Source of the DNA: a bacterium GBS-1
GTDB taxonomy: Bacteria; Synergistota; GBS-1
Reading direction: 5' to 3'
NCBI GenBank assembly: GCA_001443005.1
Contig: LEKQ01000001.1
Span: forward strand, 594,542-658,541
Length of the DNA stretch: 64,000 nucleotides
Part shown: positions 18,803 to 26,523 of the stretch, piece after piece
How the letters are laid out: each line of letters starts with the position of its first letter
Position numbering within the stretch: the stretch's first letter is position 1
Program-made: the position numbers and the translations under genes
The notes under the pieces: generated by a model
What the model was told of the DNA's origin: nothing
Database searches by the model: none
Seen by the model: only the letters and a program-made list of their open reading frames with translations

Positions 18803-20276
18803 TTGCCCCCGTTATCCTCCTTCTCCCAAGAATCATTAGCACTATCAATACCCAAAGAATTATACAAATAGGCCTAGTAAAGAAAGGAGTTATGCTTTCA
18901 TTTAACGTCAAAGCCCTTCTTAGGTTCTCATCAGCCATCCTACCCAAAATCAACCCCAGGGTAAATGGAGCGAGAGGATAGCCGTGATTTCTCAGTACGT
19001 AACCTACTAAACCGAAAAGCAAGGTTACGTAGACGTCAAAAATGGAGTGATTCACAGCGTAGGCACCTATAACGCAGAGAGTTATTACTATAGGCATTAA
19101 GATGTCCTTCTTCACCAGCAACACCTTTATAAGTACGTTGCTTATAAGAAGCCCAAAGATAAGAAGCATAAAGTTAGCCAAAACCTGCATAGCAACGTAA
19201 TCATAGAAAAATTGCGGGGACTCAATGAAGATAAGCGGACCTGGCCTTATCCCGTGCAACAATATGCCTCCCAATAAAACGGCAGCAGCTCCGCTACCAG
19301 GTATGCCAAGAGCTATCATCGGAATCGAAGCTCCACCTATGCATGCGTTATTCGCTACCTCACAAGCGATAACCCCTTCCTTGCTCCCCTTACCTATCAT
19401 CTCCCTTTCCACACCGAGATTTTTGACAGCACCATAGCTTACCCAAGCGGCCACATCTTCACCAACGCCAGGAATAACACCGATCAGAATACCTATTATC
19501 GCAGACCTTATGGTCGTCTTCCAGTATCTAAAAACCTCTACTAAGGGAATACTAACCCTGAGCTTCTTAGGATCAACCACTAACTCCCCCTGTTTCGGCT
19601 CCCTCATCACGCAAAAAACCTCGGTTAAACCGAAAAGGCCTATCAAGGCAGGTATCAGAGATATGCCACTCATCAAATTTAGGCTGCCGAAGGTGAACCT
19701 TGGATAGGTGGTCATGTTATCCATACCTATCATAGCGGTCATAAGACCGAGAAAGCCCGTTATCCACCCCTTTAATTGCAACTCACCCATAGACAAGCTT
19801 CCACATATCATCACTCCCATTATGGTCAAAACGAAGAACTCCCAGGAACCAAACTTCAGGGCTATCTTAGCAAGCAAAGGGGTAGAAACAGCCAAGGCTA
19901 AGACGCCTATTAAACCACCCCAGAAGGAAGCTAAACGAGCAAGCCCTAAAGCTTCCCCAGCCATCCCATTCTTAGCTAATTCGTATCCATCTATAGCGGT
20001 AGCTGCAGCTGAAGGGGTACCAGGGATGTTAAGCAAAATGGCACTATTGGATCCTCCATATATACCACCGCAATAGAGAGCTACGAGCATCGGTATGGCA
20101 TATCGAGGGTCCAGACCATAGGTTATACCACTTAAGAGGGCTATACCCATCGTAGCTGTAAGACCAGGTAAAGCCCCGATTATTACCCCAAGGACAGAAG
20201 ATAGTGACATCAAAGATAGCAGCTTTAAGTCAAGAAGACCAACGAAACCATCAAAAAGCCTTAATAAGCTTTCCAC
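18795..20276 (-). CDS. tctA: tripartite tricarboxylate transporter (TTT) large permease TctA, copy 1
   Basis: 493-aa polytopic membrane protein with GALPGLTATMGIALL and GIPGSGAAAVLLG blocks. Its 3' end overlaps the SDR start by 8 nt. Confidence 0.88.
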   Translation of the reverse strand: MESLLRLFDGFVGLLDLKLLSLMSLSSVLGVIIGALPGLTATMGIALLSGITYGLDPRYAIPMLVALYCGGIYGGSNSAILLNIPGTPSAAATAIDGYELAKNGMAGEALGLARLASFWGGLIGVLALAVSTPLLAKIALKFGSWEFFVLTIMGVMICGSLSMGELQLKGWITGFLGLMTAMIGMDNMTTYPRFTFGSLNLMSGISLIPALIGLFGLTEVFCVMREPKQGELVVDPKKLRVSIPLVEVFRYWKTTIRSAIIGILIGVIPGVGEDVAAWVSYGAVKNLGVEREMIGKGSKEGVIACEVANNACIGGASIPMIALGIPGSGAAAVLLGGILLHGIRPGPLIFIESPQFFYDYVAMQVLANFMLLIFGLLISNVLIKVLLVKKDILMPIVITLCVIGAYAVNHSIFDVYVTLLFGLVGYVLRNHGYPLAPFTLGLILGRMADENLRRALTLNESITPFFTRPICIILWVLIVLMILGRRRITGANV

Positions 20277-20300
20277 CTCGATCCCTCCTCAAAGCAGAAC

Positions 20301-20783
20301 TTAGGGCAACCTCACTCCAAGTAAATGTCCAAATGAGTACATCAAGCTCAAACTCACCAAAAGAGCGATCCCGATCGCGACGTGTAGCTTGACACTTTTA
20401 AAGTAAAGATAGGACCCAACTAGATAGAGAAAAGTCGCCAAAGTATAGGGTATCTTCCCCAAAAGAGCAACATAGGCGACCGTTAAAGCTATAAAGACGA
20501 CGAGCCTTTGTGTCTTGAGTCTCTCCTCCCTGCTTCCCTCATTTCTCCCCTTTGACTCCGAGAGGCTCCAACCTTTAAGGTTTCTTTTAAAGATAAACAA
20601 GAGGTAAAACATAAGCGCAGCTGAAAGAACCATAAGAATTGCCGATAAAACTGCGGGGGTAAGACCTGGGGAGTCATGAGGGTCTCCAGTAGGCATCTTT
20701 AGGGATTCAAACAAGCCATAAGCACCGATCAGGAAAACGAAAAGGGCAATCGCAAACTCCCACCACCATCTCTTCCTATCCAT
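20301..20783 (-). CDS. tctB: TTT small membrane subunit TctB, copy 1
   Basis: 160 aa with about 4 hydrophobic helices, positioned between tctC and tctA. Confidence 0.7.
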   Translation of the reverse strand: MDRKRWWWEFAIALFVFLIGAYGLFESLKMPTGDPHDSPGLTPAVLSAILMVLSAALMFYLLFIFKRNLKGWSLSESKGRNEGSREERLKTQRLVVFIALTVAYVALLGKIPYTLATFLYLVGSYLYFKSVKLHVAIGIALLVSLSLMYSFGHLLGVRLP

Positions 20784-20813
20784 CCTGAACTAAATCGCCT
20801 CCCCCTTAAAACA

Positions 20814-20845
20814 GTGCATGGCAGGAGGAAGAACCTGCCATGCAC
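20814..20845 (-). terminator. intercistronic GC-rich stem-loop between tctC1 and tctB1 (partial terminator or mRNA stabiliser)
   Basis: A perfect 12-bp stem, GTGCATGGCAGG / CCTGCCATGCAC, with an 8-nt loop, 24 nt after the tctC1 stop. On the minus strand it is followed by TGTTTTAAG. Confidence 0.5.
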
Positions 20846-20869
20846 CCATCTCTATCTAAGGGTCCAAAC

Positions 20870-21877
20870 TTACTCCGGCTTAGGAATCTTGAAATCCTCA
20901 GGAGATTTCTTCGCAAGCTTCAACTCATGTAAGAGCCAGCTAACCAAAGATGTCTCTCTCTTAGCGTACTCCTCAGACTTCTGCCTATCATAGCCAAGAT
21001 AAACCATGGCCTGCTTCTGTACGAACTCCTTGAACTTAGGAGACTGAACGGCCTTAGCGTATGCCTTATCTATCGCATCTACAACCTCTTGAGGAACATC
21101 CCTAGGAACTGCTATGCCCCACCAACCACCGAAAGGTAGATATTTCTTAATATCAGGAGCCCACTTCGCCACAGTGGGAACCTTACCTACGCCCTCTATC
21201 TCAATATCCTCGTCATTGAACGTCGCAAGGATCCTAAGCTGGCCACCCTTTATCAAATCTATGGCCTCCATTAAGCCTGGAATTCCCGCTTTCGTCTCCC
21301 CTGCCACAGCCGCGGCAGCAGCCGCACGACCGCTGGGATAAACCACTATCTTAAAGTCCCCTCCAACAGATTTCTTAAGCATCTCCAAAGCTATATGCCA
21401 CCCGTTGGCTATACCAGAGTTAGCAAGGGTTAAGTCCTTCCCCATCTCCTTCATAGCCTTAATGAAATCATCCATGGTCTTTATGGGAGAATCGGGCTTA
21501 ACGCATATGGTCGCTACACCAGCAGCAGCGATCCACATATGAAAGTCCTTATAAGAGAAGGGACCAAGGTCCATCACCTGATACATCCTTATGTTATCTG
21601 AGAGTCCTAACCAAATATAACCATCATGAGGCTGACCCATGACGTAAGCTGTCGCAACAGCTCCAGTGGCCCCAGGCATATTTATGACATTAATAGGAAC
21701 CCCTAGGATCTGCTGCATCTCTGCCGCCAATGCTCTATTGACCTGGTCTGTTGCTCCACCCGCACCGAACTGAACTATAACGGTTATAGGTCTCGTTGGA
21801 TAGGCAGCCCATCCCATACCTGCGAAGACACCCACGAACAAGCCCAACACCGCCAACATAACAAGAGCCTTCTTCAT
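20870..21877 (-). CDS. tctC: TTT periplasmic solute-binding protein TctC (Bug family), copy 1
   Basis: 335 aa with a signal peptide (MKKALVMLAVLGLFVGVFAGMGWA), the FGAGGATD and MPGATGAVA blocks, and the tctCBA gene order. Confidence 0.85.
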   Translation of the reverse strand: MKKALVMLAVLGLFVGVFAGMGWAAYPTRPITVIVQFGAGGATDQVNRALAAEMQQILGVPINVINMPGATGAVATAYVMGQPHDGYIWLGLSDNIRMYQVMDLGPFSYKDFHMWIAAAGVATICVKPDSPIKTMDDFIKAMKEMGKDLTLANSGIANGWHIALEMLKKSVGGDFKIVVYPSGRAAAAAAVAGETKAGIPGLMEAIDLIKGGQLRILATFNDEDIEIEGVGKVPTVAKWAPDIKKYLPFGGWWGIAVPRDVPQEVVDAIDKAYAKAVQSPKFKEFVQKQAMVYLGYDRQKSEEYAKRETSLVSWLLHELKLAKKSPEDFKIPKPE

Positions 21878-21901
21878 CTTTCTTCCCCCCTTTAGATTAA
21901 T

Positions 21902-21919
21902 TTCTTAAAGCTTTAAGAA
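21902..21919. promoter_or_regulatory. perfect 18-bp palindrome TTCTTAAAGCTTTAAGAA upstream of tctC1 (operator candidate)
   Basis: The sequence is its own reverse complement. It lies 24 nt upstream of the tctC1 ATG, just upstream of the AGGGGGGA Shine-Dalgarno sequence. It shares its half-sites with the palindrome at 26351-26366. Confidence 0.4.
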
Positions 21920-21954
21920 CCTCTTCCTTTTCACATCACCTCCCTCTACGGCTT

Positions 21955-23109
21955 TTACATGGCAGATCTGCATATCTGGATCAGATCTTCCAAGGTAGGA
22001 GTTCTCGGATTAATGGGTATCCCAACGTTACTCATCGCCTCACGACATATATCTTCAATGGCATCCTCTTTGACGCCTACCTCTCTTAGCCCTGCCGGTA
22101 TACCCACATCTCTACACAAAGCCTTTACCGCCTCAACCGCCCTACGTGCAGCCTGAAGCTCCGTAAGACCGGAAACGCTCTCTCCCAACGCTTCAGCTAT
22201 CTTAGCAAACTTAGAAAGGTTGCCAATGAGATTAAACTCCATACCATAGGGTAATAGGATAGCGTTTATCACACCATGAGGCACGTCGAAGTACCCACCC
22301 ATAACAGCTGTGATAGCGTGAATAACGCCCAAGCGCGTATTTGCGAAAGCCAAGGCTGCCATCGTGCTTCCTAAGAGCATGTTATAGCGAGCTTCAATAT
22401 TATCCCCCTTAGCATAGGCAGCCCTCAGATACTTTCCAATAAGATAGATAGCGTGATAGGCAAGCGACTCCGATATAGGCTCAGTTACAACGTTCGTGAA
22501 GGACTCTATAGCGTGAGTTAGAGCATCTAAACCAGTAGCAGCGGTCACGCTTGGCGGCATACTCAAGGTTAGAAGGGGGTCGCAAACCGCAATGTGAGGA
22601 GCGATCTTAGGATTACCTATGCCCATCTTAACTTTCTTCTTGGTATCCTTTATCACCGTCACCCAAGTTATCTCGCTACCTGTGCCAGCCGTAGTAGGAA
22701 CGGCAATGAGAGGAAGTATCCTGTTCTTCGGAGGGTTCTTCCAAAAGTAGGCTATCTCCCCCTCGTTAGTTAAAAGTAGACCGATCGCCTTAGCGGTGTC
22801 TATCGAGCTTCCTCCCCCAATCGCCAATAGGAGATCACACCCAAACTCCCGAGCAACTTTAACTCCCTCCTCGACTATCTCAACCGTCGGATTAGGCTCA
22901 ACTTTAGAGAAAACCTCAGTTCTAAAGCCAGCAATATCCAACTTGGCCTTTATGCCATTTACGATGTTCGTGCACATCAATCCCGGATCCGTAACTATTA
23001 AGACGCTCTTTCCGCCCAGTTCGTTAACCCTGTCTACTATTTTTTCGGCCTCTCCTATCCCAAAATACAACTTAGTCGGAATCTGCCAAACGAAGGGCTT
23101 AACAAACAT
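21955..23109 (-). CDS. iron-containing (group III) alcohol dehydrogenase
   Basis: 384 aa with GGGSSIDTAKAIG, the metal-binding His region LDALTHAIES and VPHGVINA. Confidence 0.88.
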   Translation of the reverse strand: MFVKPFVWQIPTKLYFGIGEAEKIVDRVNELGGKSVLIVTDPGLMCTNIVNGIKAKLDIAGFRTEVFSKVEPNPTVEIVEEGVKVAREFGCDLLLAIGGGSSIDTAKAIGLLLTNEGEIAYFWKNPPKNRILPLIAVPTTAGTGSEITWVTVIKDTKKKVKMGIGNPKIAPHIAVCDPLLTLSMPPSVTAATGLDALTHAIESFTNVVTEPISESLAYHAIYLIGKYLRAAYAKGDNIEARYNMLLGSTMAALAFANTRLGVIHAITAVMGGYFDVPHGVINAILLPYGMEFNLIGNLSKFAKIAEALGESVSGLTELQAARRAVEAVKALCRDVGIPAGLREVGVKEDAIEDICREAMSNVGIPINPRTPTLEDLIQICRSAM

Positions 23110-23209
23110 GCTATCCCCCCTCTATACTTTATTATTGTGATAATATCATCCATCCAAACAAATCTATCCTTATCCGCCAACGGAACAACATTCGCTATTT
23201 CTAAATGAT

Positions 23210-23238
23210 ATCTTAACATAAGCACCCGACAGCGTCAA
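23210..23238 (-). promoter_or_regulatory. candidate sigma-70 promoter for the Fe-ADH-led supra-operon
   Basis: Minus strand: TTGACG (23238-23233), a 17-nt spacer, then TAAGAT (23215-23210). This would give a 5' UTR of about 100 nt before the adh ATG at 23109. Confidence 0.4.
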
Positions 23239-23299
23239 GCCATGTTCGTATACCCAGTATGCTTGGATTAATGGTAATACCTCAACTATTTCGCATATA

Positions 23300-23320
23300 G
23301 GAGAATCTTTTAGATTCTCT
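23300..23320 (-). terminator. weak stem-loop after tctA2
   Basis: An 8-bp stem, GAGAATCT/AGATTCTC, with a 3-nt loop, beginning 5 nt after the tctA2 stop. No clear U-tract follows. Confidence 0.3.
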
Positions 23321-23325
23321 CTATC

Positions 23326-24795
23326 TTAGTCCTTTAATTTACGCACCACCTTCCAAATAGATGGTCCTAAAAGGGTTAAAACTATAAGAGAAAACAAGAT
23401 TAAAGATATGGGACGGGTTAGGAAAGGGATAATGCTACCACCTGACTTTATAAGCCCTATACGGAGATTGTCCTCGATCATCCTACCAAGGATTAGAGCT
23501 AAAACCATTGGAGCAAGAGGCATGTTTATTTTCTCCATAACGTAGCCGAGTAAGCCAAACAGCGCCATTAGCCATATATCGAAGACGCTGTTTCTTATGG
23601 CGTAGGAGCCTACCATGGAAAACAGAACCACAGCACTCATAACTACACCTGCTCTAAGGCTAACCAAGCGAGAAAAGGCCTTTATCCCCAGCCACCCAAC
23701 CGGTAAAAGCATTATCTGCACCAGCAGGGCTACAGCGAAAATCTGATATACCAAATCCTTAGATTGAGCGAAGATGAGCGGTCCAGGCTTCAAGCCATAC
23801 ATCAGCATAGCGCCTAGGACTATCGCAGTTATAGAATCGCCAGGTATCCCCAGTGCCAGTGCAGGGATCCAAGTTCCACCTATAGCAGCATTATTCGCAC
23901 TGGTTGGAGCTATAACGCCACGGGGGCTACCGGAACCTATCTCATTACCACTAAGGCTTTTTTCCGCTCCATAGGCAACCCATGCAGCGATGTCCGCCCC
24001 CGCTCCAGGAAGAGCACCTATGAAAGTCCCTATCAAAGAGCTCCTTATTATAATGAACTTATTGCGATACATAAGCTTTAAAGCCTCAAGCACATCCAAC
24101 TTCCCATTGATTTTAACGCTTGGTAAGTCCAAGCTCTCCCTAAAGGACAATCTCTTCAATACCTCGGAAATTCCAAAAAGTCCTATCATAGCTGGGATAA
24201 AGCTAACACCATCCATCAGCTCCGTGATCCCAAAGGTAAACCTGGGATATCCCGTGGTGACATCTATACCTATGGTAGATATGAGAAGCCCAAACAAGGC
24301 TGAAAGAAGCCCCTTGATGGTATTACCTCTACTTAAAACGGCAGCCATGCTTAAACCAAAGACCCCCAACCAGAAATACTCGAAGTGCGTGAACTTCAAG
24401 GCTACCTCAGCTAACGGGGGAGCAGTGAAGATCAATATCAAAACCCCTATCAATCCTCCAAGAGCAGAACAGAAGAGATCCAAAGTTAAGGCTAAAGCTC
24501 CTTTACCCTTCTTATTCATCTCAAAGCCATCTAAAACCGCTGCCCCAGAGGCTGGCGTACCCGGAATCCTTAAGAAGGTCGCGGGAATATCGCCTGCAAA
24601 TATGGCGGTGAAGGAAACACCTATAACCATAGCCAAACCCGTTAGGGGCTCCATGTAATAGGTCAATGGTATTATGAGAGCTACGGCCATCGTAGCCGTA
24701 AGGCCAGGCATAGCGCCCACGAAAACGCCAAAGGCCATTGAAAGCAAAAGCGGAAAAAGAACCTTTAAGGAAAGGATGGATAAAAGATAAGACAT
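23326..24795 (-). CDS. tctA: TTT large permease TctA, copy 2
   Basis: 489 aa, a paralogue of 18795-20276, with GAMPGLTATMAVALI and GIPGDSITAIVLG blocks. Confidence 0.88.
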   Translation of the reverse strand: MSYLLSILSLKVLFPLLLSMAFGVFVGAMPGLTATMAVALIIPLTYYMEPLTGLAMVIGVSFTAIFAGDIPATFLRIPGTPASGAAVLDGFEMNKKGKGALALTLDLFCSALGGLIGVLILIFTAPPLAEVALKFTHFEYFWLGVFGLSMAAVLSRGNTIKGLLSALFGLLISTIGIDVTTGYPRFTFGITELMDGVSFIPAMIGLFGISEVLKRLSFRESLDLPSVKINGKLDVLEALKLMYRNKFIIIRSSLIGTFIGALPGAGADIAAWVAYGAEKSLSGNEIGSGSPRGVIAPTSANNAAIGGTWIPALALGIPGDSITAIVLGAMLMYGLKPGPLIFAQSKDLVYQIFAVALLVQIMLLPVGWLGIKAFSRLVSLRAGVVMSAVVLFSMVGSYAIRNSVFDIWLMALFGLLGYVMEKINMPLAPMVLALILGRMIEDNLRIGLIKSGGSIIPFLTRPISLILFSLIVLTLLGPSIWKVVRKLKD

Positions 24796-24802
24796 CTACA
24801 CT

Positions 24803-25294
24803 CTACCCCCTTAAGAGTGAAAATATAACTCCCTCAGGTAAGGGTAGCTTAAATATAACCTTGAAAATCCAATGGATTAACAAAGCCAAGACTACAGAAT
24901 AAACTAGAGATGAAAACCACCTAACTCTCATAAATCGCATTAGGAAAACTCCCAAGAGCGTTATACCAATCACGCTTCCGAAAATCTTCAGAACCGGGTA
25001 AAAGAGAAACCCCACACCTATGATAATTACGAAGCTCAAGCTTTTATATAAGCTGACGCCTTTAAATAGCGATGATCTCAATTCCTCCCTCGCTTTAAAT
25101 AGAGAGGTCAAACCAGATACAAAAAAGTAAAAACCAAAGATCAAGATCAAAAAAGCTAAGAGATCCGGGAAAAAGCTCGGTCCAGGCAACTTTTCCCCTC
25201 TTACCGTAAACTTCGGGAAAAACCTGGAATGGTAAAAAACGAAGCCTGATAAAGCGAAACAGCTCAAACTCAATATAAGGTCACTCCACCCCAT
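24803..25294 (-). CDS. tctB: TTT small membrane subunit TctB, copy 2
   Basis: 163 aa with 4 hydrophobic helices, positioned between tctC2 and tctA2. Confidence 0.7.
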   Translation of the reverse strand: MGWSDLILSLSCFALSGFVFYHSRFFPKFTVRGEKLPGPSFFPDLLAFLILIFGFYFFVSGLTSLFKAREELRSSLFKGVSLYKSLSFVIIIGVGFLFYPVLKIFGSVIGITLLGVFLMRFMRVRWFSSLVYSVVLALLIHWIFKVIFKLPLPEGVIFSLLRG

Positions 25295-25319
25295 TTAGCC
25301 ACAATCCCCCTTTAAAGGC

Positions 25320-25349
25320 GGGGCAAGCTCGTGGGAACGAGCTTGCCCC
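25320..25349 (-). terminator. intercistronic GC-rich stem-loop between tctC2 and tctB2
   Basis: A perfect 12-bp stem, GGGGCAAGCTCG / CGAGCTTGCCCC, with a 6-nt loop, 13 nt after the tctC2 stop and 25 nt before the tctB2 ATG. Confidence 0.5.
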
Positions 25350-25362
25350 AAAGAGAATACCT

Positions 25363-26337
25363 TTACTTCTTAAGATATCCGCCTAGCTCGAGAACCGTCT
25401 TCCAAGCTTTATCCTGCTCCTCAACGAATTTCCTGAACTCCTCTCCCCTTCTTACCTTTATACCAAAGCCATTGGTTTCCATGAACTTCTTGAAAGCTTC
25501 AGAGTTAGCTATCTCAATAATGGCATCCTCGAGCTTCTTCTTTATCTCAGCAGGGGTTCCTTTAGGAACACCCACACCCCTCCACGTACCAGCGCTCCAG
25601 TTAATACCGAGCTCCTTTAAGGTCGGTACATCTGGGAATGCAGGAAGCCTCTCATCGGCCATAACAGCGAGAGCTCGAGCCTGACCGCTCTTTATATAAG
25701 GAGCGGCTTCCGCCAACGAACAGGTAACCACGTGGACATGCCCACCTAAAAGCTCGGTCAAAGCTTGAGCAGCGCCCGTGGTAGACGGAATCCACTTAAC
25801 GGAATCCACAGGCAAACCAGCAGCGTGAAGCATACCTATCCTAGCTAAATCCCATATCCCACCCGCTGCGACGCCGGAGAAAAGAAGCTTACCTGGATTA
25901 GCCTTTATATCGTCCAGTAGCTCCTTGAGATTCTTCCATGGGGCATCGGCCTTGACCGTTACTCCTGCAGCATCCTCGTTAACCTGAGCTATATAGTCGA
26001 AAGCCTCATAGGTTAGGTCCGTGAGGCCCATCCAGTGCATTGTGGCTAACTCCAATGTCACGATGGTTATGGTGTATCCGTCTGGGGGTGCATAAGCACC
26101 AGCGGCGTGCCCCACCGCTCCACCGCCACCCGTTTTGTTAACCACAGTGAAGGGCTGACCAAACTTCTTAGAAAGCTCATCTGCCAAAAATCGAGCAAGC
26201 CTGTCGGTGCCCCCACCAGCACCCCAAGGACAGATAACCGTAACCGCCTTCTCTGGATAGGCCGCCCACGCGCTTAAGGTAAAGACCCACGTAAACCCCA
26301 TAACCGCCAAAACTACCACCCATAAAAGCTTCTTCAT
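25363..26337 (-). CDS. tctC: TTT periplasmic solute-binding protein TctC, copy 2
   Basis: 324 aa with a signal peptide ending SAWA and the WGAGGGTD and KTGGGGAVG blocks. Confidence 0.85.
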   Translation of the reverse strand: MKKLLWVVVLAVMGFTWVFTLSAWAAYPEKAVTVICPWGAGGGTDRLARFLADELSKKFGQPFTVVNKTGGGGAVGHAAGAYAPPDGYTITIVTLELATMHWMGLTDLTYEAFDYIAQVNEDAAGVTVKADAPWKNLKELLDDIKANPGKLLFSGVAAGGIWDLARIGMLHAAGLPVDSVKWIPSTTGAAQALTELLGGHVHVVTCSLAEAAPYIKSGQARALAVMADERLPAFPDVPTLKELGINWSAGTWRGVGVPKGTPAEIKKKLEDAIIEIANSEAFKKFMETNGFGIKVRRGEEFRKFVEEQDKAWKTVLELGGYLKK

Positions 26338-26350
26338 TTTGAAACCCCCT

Positions 26351-26385
26351 TTCTTAAATTTAAGAAGCTTTGCTTAAAAAGCAAA
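26351..26385. promoter_or_regulatory. two adjacent palindromes upstream of tctC2: TTCTTAAATTTAAGAA (perfect, 16 bp) and TTTGCTT-AAA-AAGCAAA
   Basis: 26351-26366 is its own reverse complement and abuts the AGGGGG Shine-Dalgarno sequence of tctC2. 26369-26385 has 7-bp inverted arms around a 3-nt centre. Confidence 0.4.
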
Positions 26386-26430
26386 TATTACCAGTTTCAC
26401 CTCCTTCCTTATGTTAAACTCTCTGTTTAA

Positions 26431-26459
26431 AGTATAGCAAAAGAAGAACCATCTTTCGA
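26431..26459 (-). promoter_or_regulatory. candidate promoter for the tctC2B2A2 unit
   Basis: Minus strand: TCGAAA (26459-26454), a 17-nt spacer, then TATACT (26436-26431). The -35 element is weak. Confidence 0.3.
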
Positions 26460-26523
26460 GATCTCCAAAACCTTTTCGGGAAAAGATGTGCTGAAAAAAT
26501 CTCTTAAATTTTTTAGTCTATTC

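Noticed and set aside
20489-20677. 62-aa same-strand ORF nested out of frame in tctB1
   Set aside because: It has no Shine-Dalgarno sequence, its product is Arg/Ser-rich, and it lies entirely within a membrane-subunit gene.
23138-23148. TGATAATATCA palindrome just upstream of the Fe-ADH Shine-Dalgarno sequence as an operator
   Set aside because: It is only 11 bp, AT-rich, and has no second copy in the window. That is insufficient to call.
23990-24658. 222-aa plus-strand ORF
   Set aside because: It is fully nested antisense to the well-supported tctA2 gene. The product is low-complexity and rich in Pro, Lys and Ser, no Shine-Dalgarno sequence is present, and I recognise no family. It is the typical shadow ORF of a membrane-protein gene.
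26440-26523. Possible terminator after the mini-protein gene (AAAAAAT...ATTTTTT and CTTTTC-CC-GAAAAG followed by GTTTT)
   Set aside because: The stems are AT-only or have a 2-nt loop, so they are too weak to call. Whether transcription continues into tctC2 remains open.
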